From NCBI GenBank assembly GCA_024421095.1, contig JAHQYM010000001.1:14089-78088 (forward strand): 64,000 nt of DNA, read 5' to 3'. Made by a program: the position numbers and the translations under genes. The notes below the pieces were generated by a model. It did no database searches. It had not been told where the DNA came from and worked only from the letters and a program-made list of their open reading frames with translations. This document shows positions 7,531-15,293 of this stretch, one piece after another; positions within the stretch are counted from its first letter, which is position 1; every line of letters starts with the position of its first letter. The DNA comes from Acidimicrobiia bacterium. GTDB taxonomy: Bacteria > Actinomycetota > Acidimicrobiia > Acidimicrobiales > Aldehydirespiratoraceae.

Positions 7531-9083
7531 AGCCGTTCGGTTTGCGCGCAGGCTCCAATACTATTGAGGTGCCAGTAACCGATTCGGGTAGTTTGCTTGA
7601 TGTGAATAACCAATCAATCGGGTACCACTGGCAACCGATCACCGACCTGTCTGAAGCCGACCTCGAAGCTGCGAGCACGGAACTGCCGGCATTGCAGAGC
7701 ACTTGGGAAGATGTCCGTGGACAGTTCGACAGCAGGCAACTTGACCGTTTCAATGAACGCTTGAAAAGGGAATGGGCCATCGAAACAGGGATAATCGAGC
7801 GCATCTACACACTCGACCATGGCACCACGCAACTATTGATAAAGCAAGGTATTGATGCGTCACTAATCGCCACGAATGCATCGGACCAACCCCCCGAGTT
7901 AGTGGCCGCAATGATCCAAGATCACGCCGCCACGGTGGACTGGCTATTCGATACCGTCACCGAGCAACGTCCCCTTAGCACTTCGTTTGTGAAACAACTG
8001 CACGCGTTGATGACACGTCAACAAAAGACTGCTAGCGGATTCGATTCACTTGGTCAACAACAAGGCATCAAGTTGCTGCATGGCACCTACAAAGAGTGGC
8101 CCAACAACCCCGTGCGCACCGACGGGAAGTTGCACCAATACTGTCCGCCTGAGCAGGTGACCGCCGAGATGGACCGCCTAATCGAATTGCACCAGAAGCA
8201 CCAGGCCACCAATGTAGCAACAGATGTGAGTGCTGCTTGGTTGCACCACCGTTTCACGCAGATTCATCCGTTCCAAGACGGTAACGGCAGGGTCGCCCGT
8301 GCCATCGCCTCAATTGTACTCATCCGCGCTCGATGGTTTCCGCTTGTTGTCACCCGAGACGACCGAGTGCGATACATAGAGGCACTTGTGCAGGCCGACG
8401 AAGGCAACTTGGCATCGCTCACACGCCTTGTAGCCAAACTCCAACGGAAACAACTTGTTCGTGCCCTGAGCATCGCCGAAGAGGTACAGACCCAAGATCA
8501 ACAACTCGAACAGATGCTAGAAATCATTGGCGACATGTTCAACGGCGAACCCAACCCAGCGCACACCGATCGCTTGGCGGCCCTAGATACCGCCAAACAT
8601 CTAAGAGAAATCTGCGGCACCTACTTTGAAGAAACTGCCACGAAACTCCAGTCGAGGCTTGGAGATTCGACCTCTCGTAAGGCTTGGAGCGAATTCGGTG
8701 TGGATGCCGATATCGAACGCCGTAGATGGAACCGTTACCAGATTGTACATACCGCCCAAGCGCTGGATTACTTTGCCAACACTCGAGACCATCACGAGTG
8801 GGTGCGACTCGCGATTATTACCGAGAACGGCCGTTCCGAAATCCTCACATCATTTCACGTCATAGGCACGCAATACCGTGGGTTGGTAGGAGCGTCAATG
8901 TGTTTCTACCGTCGCCAACAAGCCGACAACTTCGAACAACAAGTCATCGAATTGCAACCCGTGAGCAACGAACTCTTCCAAATCAACTACCGCGAATCTG
9001 CTGATTCCGTTAAACGCCGATTCATGGACTGGTTGGAGCAAAACCTAGTGTTAGGTCTCGATCAATGGCGCCGCGGCGAGTGA
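7476..9083 (+). CDS. Fic-domain protein with a roughly 200-aa uncharacterised C-terminal region
   Basis: HPFQDGNGRVARAIASIVL matches the Fic core HxFx(D/E)GNGRxxR. The first start, 7476, overlaps the upstream gene by 55 nt; GTG 7569 is an alternative start. Confidence 0.8.
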   Translation: MRNLEGHRHRRRPNQRTLKPFGLRAGSNTIEVPVTDSGSLLDVNNQSIGYHWQPITDLSEADLEAASTELPALQSTWEDVRGQFDSRQLDRFNERLKREWAIETGIIERIYTLDHGTTQLLIKQGIDASLIATNASDQPPELVAAMIQDHAATVDWLFDTVTEQRPLSTSFVKQLHALMTRQQKTASGFDSLGQQQGIKLLHGTYKEWPNNPVRTDGKLHQYCPPEQVTAEMDRLIELHQKHQATNVATDVSAAWLHHRFTQIHPFQDGNGRVARAIASIVLIRARWFPLVVTRDDRVRYIEALVQADEGNLASLTRLVAKLQRKQLVRALSIAEEVQTQDQQLEQMLEIIGDMFNGEPNPAHTDRLAALDTAKHLREICGTYFEETATKLQSRLGDSTSRKAWSEFGVDADIERRRWNRYQIVHTAQALDYFANTRDHHEWVRLAIITENGRSEILTSFHVIGTQYRGLVGASMCFYRRQQADNFEQQVIELQPVSNELFQINYRESADSVKRRFMDWLEQNLVLGLDQWRRGE

Positions 9084-9329
9084 TCAAGCCCACTGCGCGT
9101 ACGATGCTGGCGGAGGCGGGTTGTTGGGGCATTCGAGCACGGCCTACGGTAGCGGTTCGCCACCAACAATCTCAACGATGCCGGTAGTGTTGTCGCGTAG
9201 TAACCCTTCAATCTCAGCAATGGCGACGAAGTGTGTACGGGTGGTGCCGAGCCCGTGGCGAGTCGCGTCTGCCAACAACGCGTCGGACATGCGTTGCGGG
9301 ACTGTGCGGATGTCGTCGGGTCTGCGGTT

Positions 9330-9600
9330 GGGTTGCGTCTAACTTCGCGCGACAGATCTTGAGTTTTTTCAAGCAGCATCTGGCAGGGTGTGCGGTACTA
9401 GTTCAGGAGGGGAAACTCTATTCGTGGTTGCGACAGAGTGTGGTGTAGATGTGTTGTGCTGGTTTCCAGTTGTGGAGTTTGCGGGGCATTTGGTTGAGGG
9501 CATCTTGGATGAGCGCGAGGTGTGTGGAGTTTATGTTGAGGTTGGTGTCTTTGGGTAGTCAGCGTAGTCGCAGCCCGTTGGTTTGTTCGTTGATGGGTCG
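9330..9600 (-). mobile_element. IS30-family end remnant (terminal repeat plus last ~50 codons of the transposase, with an in-frame stop)
   Basis: Minus-strand translation ...RPINEQTNGLRLR*LPKDTNLN...MPRKLHNWKPAQHIY parallels the IS30-type C-terminus at 51947-52165. The terminal sequence GGGTTGCGTCTAACTTCGCGCGACAG at 9330 recurs inverted at 54363. Confidence 0.65.
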
Positions 9601-9653
9601 CAGGGCCCGCCTCAGAAATCGACTGGGCGACGCTCCGTATTCGAAGCGGCCCG

Positions 9654-10073
9654 CTACTCCGCGGGGTCGCGGAGCGCGATCAGGCGTGTCCGTGACGCCC
9701 AGTCTTGGATCGCGCCGTCGAAGGTCGCCAGTTTCATTCCAGTCCGCATGGCCGTGGCGACGATCAGTTGCTCCGCGGGGTCGCGATGAAACCCCGAATT
9801 CATCAGGAGGACCGACTCGACGGCAAGCTCACCGTCGATGGGTATCTCCAGCAGTCCAGACATCAGGCGTTCAACACGCCAGGTTGCTGGGTGGCAGCCG
9901 AGATCGATCCGTCTTTGGTGATGCAGCCGGGTCGTCTCCATGAATGTCACGGCTGAGACGGCGACCTCGCCGTTAACTAGGCCGGTCTCGATAGCCTGTT
10001 TGAACGACTCACCGATGTGTGGGTTGTCGGTCACCAACCGCAGCAGAACGTTGGTGTCCAAGAGAATGCTCAC
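9654..10073 (-). CDS. vapC: PIN-domain toxin, VapC family
   Basis: MSILLDTNVLLRL... and HRDPAEQLIVATA fit PIN acidic-residue motifs. 4-nt overlap with the upstream antitoxin ORF. Confidence 0.8.
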   Translation of the reverse strand: MSILLDTNVLLRLVTDNPHIGESFKQAIETGLVNGEVAVSAVTFMETTRLHHQRRIDLGCHPATWRVERLMSGLLEIPIDGELAVESVLLMNSGFHRDPAEQLIVATAMRTGMKLATFDGAIQDWASRTRLIALRDPAE

Positions 10074-10384
10074 TGATATCGCTCTGGGTTGAGCAGGTTG
10101 TCAGGGCGTTCGATCACGTCCCAGTCCTCCATTGGTATGGCGGGGTCGCTGTCGATGTCTGCCAGTATCTGAAGCTGGTCGACGCACGAACCGACGAGAT
10201 TGGGACGTTCCGTTCGTACTGGGCTGATTCGCACCACCGGGCGGCGGTGCTTCGTCACGATGATCTCGGTGCCGGTCTCATGCACCTCGTCCATCAGGCG
10301 CAGACAGTGCGTCTTGAACTCGCCCGCCGCCAAGACCCGCCCGTCAGGCCGGGAGTGTGTACTTTTTTTCGGTTCAGTGTCCAT
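10070..10384 (-). CDS. Phd/YefM-type antitoxin partner of VapC
   Basis: 104-aa ORF with AGEFKTHCLRLMDEVHETGTEIIVTKHRRPVVRISPV, typical of prevent-host-death antitoxins. Overlaps the vapC start. Confidence 0.7.
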   Translation of the reverse strand: MDTEPKKSTHSRPDGRVLAAGEFKTHCLRLMDEVHETGTEIIVTKHRRPVVRISPVRTERPNLVGSCVDQLQILADIDSDPAIPMEDWDVIERPDNLLNPERYQ

Positions 10385-10659
10385 CTCCGAATTATAGTCA
10401 TATTTTTGTTGCCATAGTAATTTTTCACAAGGCCGTCAATCCTGATGCCTGCAGCGATGTCGCGGGTAGTGTTGGCGAGCTTGGGGTCATACTCGGGGTA
10501 GAGCCGATTCTGCCGCGCTAGAGGTCGGGAACTGTGACAAACACACGCGTGAGTCTCATGATTCCTGTGGGCCTGTTCACGTTCGCGACCTCGATCGGGA
10601 TGGTGTTCGCGCTGCTGCATGAACTGCGTGAGTACCCTAACGCCCGTATACTCCAAGCC

Positions 10660-11367
10660 ATGCCAACAACAACAGACCATGCAATAGCGGGCGTGACCGG
10701 TGACATCCCCGCAATCCTGTGCACACCCGAGGGCGGCAGCGGCCCCGGTGTCGTGCTGATCCAAGAGATCTTCGGAATCAACGACTACATCCTCAGCGTT
10801 GCCGAGCGACTGGCCCACGAGGGCTATGTCGTGCTGGCGCCCCACATGTATTGGCGGATCCAGCACCCGTTCCGTGTCGACGCACGGGGCCCCGAAGACT
10901 TGGGGCCGGCTTTCGAGATCGCCAACCAGCACCCGCCCGAAGACGGTGTCGCCGACATCGGCACCGCGCTCGACCACCTCCGAGGCCGTTCCGATGTGCA
11001 GGGCGGCGTTGCTGTGATGGGGTTCTGCTTCGGCGGCTCGATGACCTATCTCGCAGCGGCTGCCCATGAGCCGACCTGCGCGGTGTCGTACTACGGTTCG
11101 ATGATCGGTGAGAACCTCGACAAGGCGCCCGCAGTCACCTGCCCGATCCTGTTCCACTTCGGCGACGATGACCCGTTCCTGCCCAACGAACACGTCGACG
11201 GCCTGCGGGCAGCCACCGAGGGTATGTCAAACGTCGAGATCCTGGTGCAGCCGGGGGCGGGTCACGCTTTCGACAACGACAAGAACCCGATGTTCGCGAA
11301 CCCCCCTGCCGCCGCTGCCTCTTGGGCGCGCACCTCAGAGTTCCTCAGAACCCACCTGAATGCCTGA
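10660..11367 (+). CDS. Dienelactone hydrolase family protein
   Basis: GPGVVLIQEIFGIN, nucleophile elbow GFCFGGS, HFGDDDPFLP, GAGHAFDN. ATG 10660 gives a family-typical ~235 aa, whereas the ORF-track start is 10534. Confidence 0.8.
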   Translation: MPTTTDHAIAGVTGDIPAILCTPEGGSGPGVVLIQEIFGINDYILSVAERLAHEGYVVLAPHMYWRIQHPFRVDARGPEDLGPAFEIANQHPPEDGVADIGTALDHLRGRSDVQGGVAVMGFCFGGSMTYLAAAAHEPTCAVSYYGSMIGENLDKAPAVTCPILFHFGDDDPFLPNEHVDGLRAATEGMSNVEILVQPGAGHAFDNDKNPMFANPPAAAASWARTSEFLRTHLNA

Positions 11368-11393
11368 GCTGAACCACCGAGGTCCGTTACTGG

Positions 11394-11461
11394 CCTAATA
11401 TGTTAGTCACCTAATATGTTAGTTAGCTAGTATAGTAGTCACCTAGTATAGTAGGTGACTA
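11394..11461. promoter_or_regulatory. AT-rich array of four ~16-bp direct repeats plus a 10-bp inverted repeat, immediately upstream of the ATPase gene
   Basis: CCTAATATGTTAGT occurs at 11394 and 11410. CTAGTATAGTAG occurs at 11427 and 11443. TAGTCACCTA occurs at 11404 and 11436, with its inverted partner TAGGTGACTA at 11452-11461. Confidence 0.6.
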
Positions 11462-11487
11462 GCTGCAAGGATCATTCGAGGGGGCTC

Positions 11488-12963
11488 ATGGCGCGCAGAC
11501 AACTGATCGACCGAGAGACGGAAGCGGCCAAGTTGAGGAGCCTGCTCGACAGCGGTAAACCCTCAATGGCCCTCGTCCACGGACGCCGACGAGTGGGCAA
11601 GACCTTCCTGCTGTCTCAACTCTGGCCCCCGAACCAGGTTCTGTTCTACTCAGCTTCGTCCACCACCCCGGCCATCAACCGGCGGGCGATTGTCGAAGAA
11701 GCCGCCCGATGGTCAGGCCAAGAACTCCGCTCACAGGACCATCCCACATGGCGCACGGTGTTTCGCACTCTGCTCGGCCTCCACCCCGACAAGCCGATCG
11801 TGATCGTGTTGGACGAGTTCCAATATCTTGCCGAAGGCGAGCGCGGGTTGCGAGAGGTCGCCTCGGAACTGAACGCGGTATGGGAATCGCCGCCGCCTCG
11901 CTCGGCGGGCCTTGTGTTGGTGCTCTGCGGATCGGCAGTGCGCACGATGGAGGCTCTGGCCAAGGGAGGTTCGCCGCTCTACGGTCGGCTGGACGCACAA
12001 CTTCAGCTCAACCCATTCGACTATTTCGATGCCGGCCAGATGGTTGCCCGCTATTCGCTGACCGACCGGGTACGCGCCTACGCCGCGTTCGGAGGGCTCC
12101 CTGCCAACCTCGCAGCAGTCGACGACACCCGGAGTCTCGGAGACAACATCGCCGAACTGCTGTTGTCTCCACACGGCGTGGTGCGCGCCCGCATGCTGAC
12201 CGAGATCGACCAGGAGGAGGGGCTGCGCCAGACCTCCCTGTACCGGGCTGTCTTGGCCGGCATCGGACTCGGCGCCCGATCCACCGGTGAGATCGCCGCA
12301 AGGATGGGCAGGAAATCCGACAGCTCCCTCAAGCGGCTCATAGACCAACTCGAAGACATGGCCTATCTGGAACGCGAGGTGAACTTCGGTGCTTCCCCGC
12401 AGCGGGGAACGCGCTACCGGCTGGCCGACCCGGCGGCGCGCTTCCACTACGGGATCGGGCTGCAAGCCGAGTCCGTGGTGGCCACCCTGGGCCCGAAAGC
12501 CGCTTGGGAAACCTGGATCGAGCCTGAGGCGTTTCCTGCCTATGCAGGACGTCAGGTCTTCGAGGACGTGGCCCGACAGGCCTGCCGTCGCTGGGGTCCG
12601 GGGCAAGGGCTTCCAATGGTCGCCCAATGGGGCAGGTGGGCTGGCGCCGACCGAGCTCGAAACGAGGTGGAGATCGATCTGGTCGGACGAACCCTCGCCG
12701 GCGAAATGGTCACCGGTTCGGTCAAGTTCCGCAGCCGCCAAGCCAATGCCAAGACCTACCTCGACCATGTCGGCGCACTGCAGCGACTCGCCGACAGCGG
12801 CCTCGGCTGGGCCAAAGAAGCACTGGCACCGCATTCACCGTTCTGGTTCGTCTCCGCGGCAGGCTACGCGCCGTCATTCTACGAAGTGATGCAGCGGGGC
12901 CGCCCCACCATCACCTGGACCATCGAAGACCTGTTCCCAACCGAAGCCGCCAGCACCGACTAG
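11488..12963 (+). CDS. AAA-type ATPase with DUF234-like C-terminal domain (archaeal-ATPase family)
   Basis: Walker A HGRRRVGKTFLL and Walker B IVIVLDEFQYL. The C-terminal NEVEIDLVG...GSVKF resembles a PD-(D/E)xK-like core. ATG 11488 with GAGGGGG upstream is preferred over GTG 11455. Confidence 0.75.
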   Translation: MARRQLIDRETEAAKLRSLLDSGKPSMALVHGRRRVGKTFLLSQLWPPNQVLFYSASSTTPAINRRAIVEEAARWSGQELRSQDHPTWRTVFRTLLGLHPDKPIVIVLDEFQYLAEGERGLREVASELNAVWESPPPRSAGLVLVLCGSAVRTMEALAKGGSPLYGRLDAQLQLNPFDYFDAGQMVARYSLTDRVRAYAAFGGLPANLAAVDDTRSLGDNIAELLLSPHGVVRARMLTEIDQEEGLRQTSLYRAVLAGIGLGARSTGEIAARMGRKSDSSLKRLIDQLEDMAYLEREVNFGASPQRGTRYRLADPAARFHYGIGLQAESVVATLGPKAAWETWIEPEAFPAYAGRQVFEDVARQACRRWGPGQGLPMVAQWGRWAGADRARNEVEIDLVGRTLAGEMVTGSVKFRSRQANAKTYLDHVGALQRLADSGLGWAKEALAPHSPFWFVSAAGYAPSFYEVMQRGRPTITWTIEDLFPTEAASTD

Positions 12964-13070
12964 CTCCACCTACGCAGCAACCCGGACCCACCAAAGCACC
13001 CCAATACCCACACACCAACACAATCTAACATCAGCTACCTCGGCGGGCGGAGAGTCAATCGTCGAAGCTC

Positions 13071-13316
13071 TCATCCAGACTCCTCCGACTCGGCTCGTAA
13101 CGGGAAACGGTCACGGCCCCAGTGTTGCCAAGTATACGAAACCACAAGCGTACACGGGAACATTAGCGCAAGAAAAACCAACTGCCATATCAGGGACACA
13201 CCAAAAAAGATTATGGGTGCTGTAATGGCAGCACAATAGGTAACGGTGATACACGCAATCGAGATCATCTCTCGTTTGCTTCGGTACCCCTTCATTATAT
13301 TCGGTATAAGTTTCAT
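13071..13316 (-). CDS. Small hypothetical membrane protein (81 aa)
   Basis: Two hydrophobic segments (ISIACITVTYCAAITAPIIFFGV, LVFLALMFPCTLVV). Locally lower GC. No recognisable motif. Confidence 0.4.
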   Translation of the reverse strand: MKLIPNIMKGYRSKREMISIACITVTYCAAITAPIIFFGVSLIWQLVFLALMFPCTLVVSYTWQHWGRDRFPLRAESEESG

Positions 13317-13462
13317 ATCAGCCTCTTATCCTGCTGGGTCAGTGGTTTCGGTGAGCACTGTGTAGACCGCGCTGCAAAATGTCGCGGCCGTCGGCGCGGC
13401 TAAAGTCCCGCCCGACTGGCTCGAGCTGTTGATACCGACGGCTCTAGCGCCTGAAACCGTTC

Positions 13463-13542
13463 GGTTTACGTTTCTTGGGTGTTGGGTTCGTAAACGTAAA
13501 CCTTGTGTGGGTTTTGGCCTGTGTGGTTTACGTTTCTTGGGT
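13463..13542. repeat. Three-copy repeat (direct-inverted-direct) able to form alternative hairpins
   Basis: GGTTTACGTTTCTTGGGT occurs at 13463-13480 and 13525-13542. The inverted core AAACGTAAACC lies at 13492-13502. Confidence 0.7.
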
Positions 13543-13549
13543 ATGGCTT

Positions 13550-14905
13550 CTAGAACAATGTAAGGTACTGGTCGATTTCGGATTGGGTGACTTGGTGATG
13601 GTGATCCAAAAACTCAGCTTTTTTGGTCTTCACGAAATAGTCCCTATAGGGGCCGTCTGGGGTCATCCCGAGACCCTTCTCAAGCACGTCGCAGTGAGCA
13701 AGGTGTTCCACTGCGTGCAGCAACGTCGGAGGCAGAGTGACGATTCCCCGGTCTGCGATTTCTTCAGCGGAGAGTCTGAACAAATTGTCTACGTTTGGTT
13801 GACCCGGGTCGATGCCCCTGTCGATGCCATCAAGTCCACAAGCAAGCATCGCCGCGAACATCAGGTACGGATTCGCTGCTCCATCAGCGAGGCGGAGTTC
13901 CAATCGGTCTGGCTCGGGTACCCGAATCATCTGGGTGCGGTTGTTGCCCCCGTAGGCCGCGTATGCCGGTGCCCAAGTCGCCCCCGAGGTTGGGGCACCC
14001 ACCCCCATGCGCTTATAAGAGTTGACGATCGGGCAAAGAATCGCCACCAGCGACGGCGCATGCTCAATCAACCCGGCCGCGAACTGGTAGGCCATCGCGG
14101 AAAGACCCAAGCCCTTGGGGTCATCATTTCTTCCAACAAAGAGCGGTTCGTTGTCAAGAGACCAGAGGCTTGAATGGGCATGCAGTCCGTTGCCGGTCTT
14201 ATCAGCGAAGGGCTTGGGCATAAACGTTGCGTAACGTCCGTCGCGGGCGGCCATGGTGTGGATCATCAACCGGAACAGCACTAGCCGGTCTGCGGTGGTG
14301 AGGGCATCGGAGTACACCCAGTTCTGTTCGAATTGACCGTTGGCATCCTCGTGGTCGTTGGCGTAGTTGCCCCAACCCATGAAGTTGAGATTGCGCGAAA
14401 CTTCAGTGAGGTGGGCCAGCATGCGGGTTAGCCCCTTGGCATCATAACAGGGTTGGTTGTCCACATCACGTTCGTCCGCGACCTCTATCGTGCCGTCGGG
14501 GTTCCTGTTGACCAATGAATACTCGGCTTCGACACCGGTGTTGAACACCAAGCCCCGTGACTTTAGGCCTTCAAGCGCTCGCCGCAGGATCACTCGAGGG
14601 GCATACGGCCACAGCTCACCTTCCACGGTCGGGTCGCATTGCATTGCGGCCACATTGGGCTGCCAAGGTAATTGTGTGTAGGAGGCGGGATCGGGTATGG
14701 CTAAAATGTCTGGGCTTGATGGGTCTTGACCGATGGGGCCCGCCGCAAAACCAGCGAAACCGGCACCGCTGTTCATCAAAGTTTCGAGGGCGTTGACCGG
14801 CACTAGTTTGGCGCACGGCTTGCCATGCATCTCCACAAACATGGCATAGATGAACTCAACACCGTCAGCTTCGACTCGTACTTGGATATCTTCGTAAGCG
14901 CCCAT
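13550..14905 (-). CDS. Glutamine synthetase family protein (GS-like gamma-glutamyl ligase, GlnA2/3/4- or GlnT-like size class)
   Basis: 451 aa. Has the GS ATP-binding signature KPFADKTGNGLHAHSSLW. AAAGGAG lies upstream of ATG 14905. Confidence 0.8.
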   Translation of the reverse strand: MGAYEDIQVRVEADGVEFIYAMFVEMHGKPCAKLVPVNALETLMNSGAGFAGFAAGPIGQDPSSPDILAIPDPASYTQLPWQPNVAAMQCDPTVEGELWPYAPRVILRRALEGLKSRGLVFNTGVEAEYSLVNRNPDGTIEVADERDVDNQPCYDAKGLTRMLAHLTEVSRNLNFMGWGNYANDHEDANGQFEQNWVYSDALTTADRLVLFRLMIHTMAARDGRYATFMPKPFADKTGNGLHAHSSLWSLDNEPLFVGRNDDPKGLGLSAMAYQFAAGLIEHAPSLVAILCPIVNSYKRMGVGAPTSGATWAPAYAAYGGNNRTQMIRVPEPDRLELRLADGAANPYLMFAAMLACGLDGIDRGIDPGQPNVDNLFRLSAEEIADRGIVTLPPTLLHAVEHLAHCDVLEKGLGMTPDGPYRDYFVKTKKAEFLDHHHQVTQSEIDQYLTLF

Positions 14906-15293
14906 TGGCCACTCCTTTCACCTGGACAGGATCTCAAGCGACCCCTGTGCGGAATCTATACTGTATGCGATTTTTTCTGTATTCGGTATTTCTTCACCAA
15001 CCATCGTGGGTGTTGCGCGTTGAAGGGGAGTGAGACGGTCCAGTGGGTCTGATCGGGTTTGTCGACCCACCAAGAAGTGATGTGGCAACCCCGAGTTGCG
15101 ACCCAGAAATATCCATAAAATCCTATCCTGCAACGCGACATTGAAGGATTGTATTCCTGTAACGCTCCAAGGAAGGGTAACCCGCTGATCTCCTACAGCG
15201 TCATCGGAATTGTTCTGGCCATCTGGAGTTGGCCCCCAGCACAACACCGTTATATACGAACCCGCCAAGCATCACCAGAGTTCTTCTGGCAAC

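Noticed and set aside
9144-9290. 48-codon minus-strand ORF (MSDALLADATRHGLG...) as an independent small gene
   Set aside because: The open frame extends upstream exactly to the IS30 terminus, so it is more likely the 3' fragment of an interrupted gene than a bona fide small ORF.
10294-11193. 299-aa minus-strand ORF overlapping the dienelactone hydrolase gene
   Set aside because: It has no recognisable motif and is Arg/Gly/His-rich, as expected for an antisense frame of GC-rich coding DNA. The plus-strand ORF carries clear hydrolase motifs.
11731-12834. 367-aa minus-strand ORF, plus several 90-190-aa ORFs, inside the ATPase gene
   Set aside because: These are antisense or off-frame shadows of the Walker-motif-bearing plus-strand gene. 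Their composition is low-complexity and Arg/Pro/Gly-rich.
15157-15185. GlnR-type box (two GTAAC half-sites) in the region upstream of the GS-like gene
   Set aside because: The two GTAAC sites are 18 nt apart start-to-start, not the ~22-nt periodicity of actinobacterial GlnR boxes as I recall them. No GAAAC-type b-sites are present.
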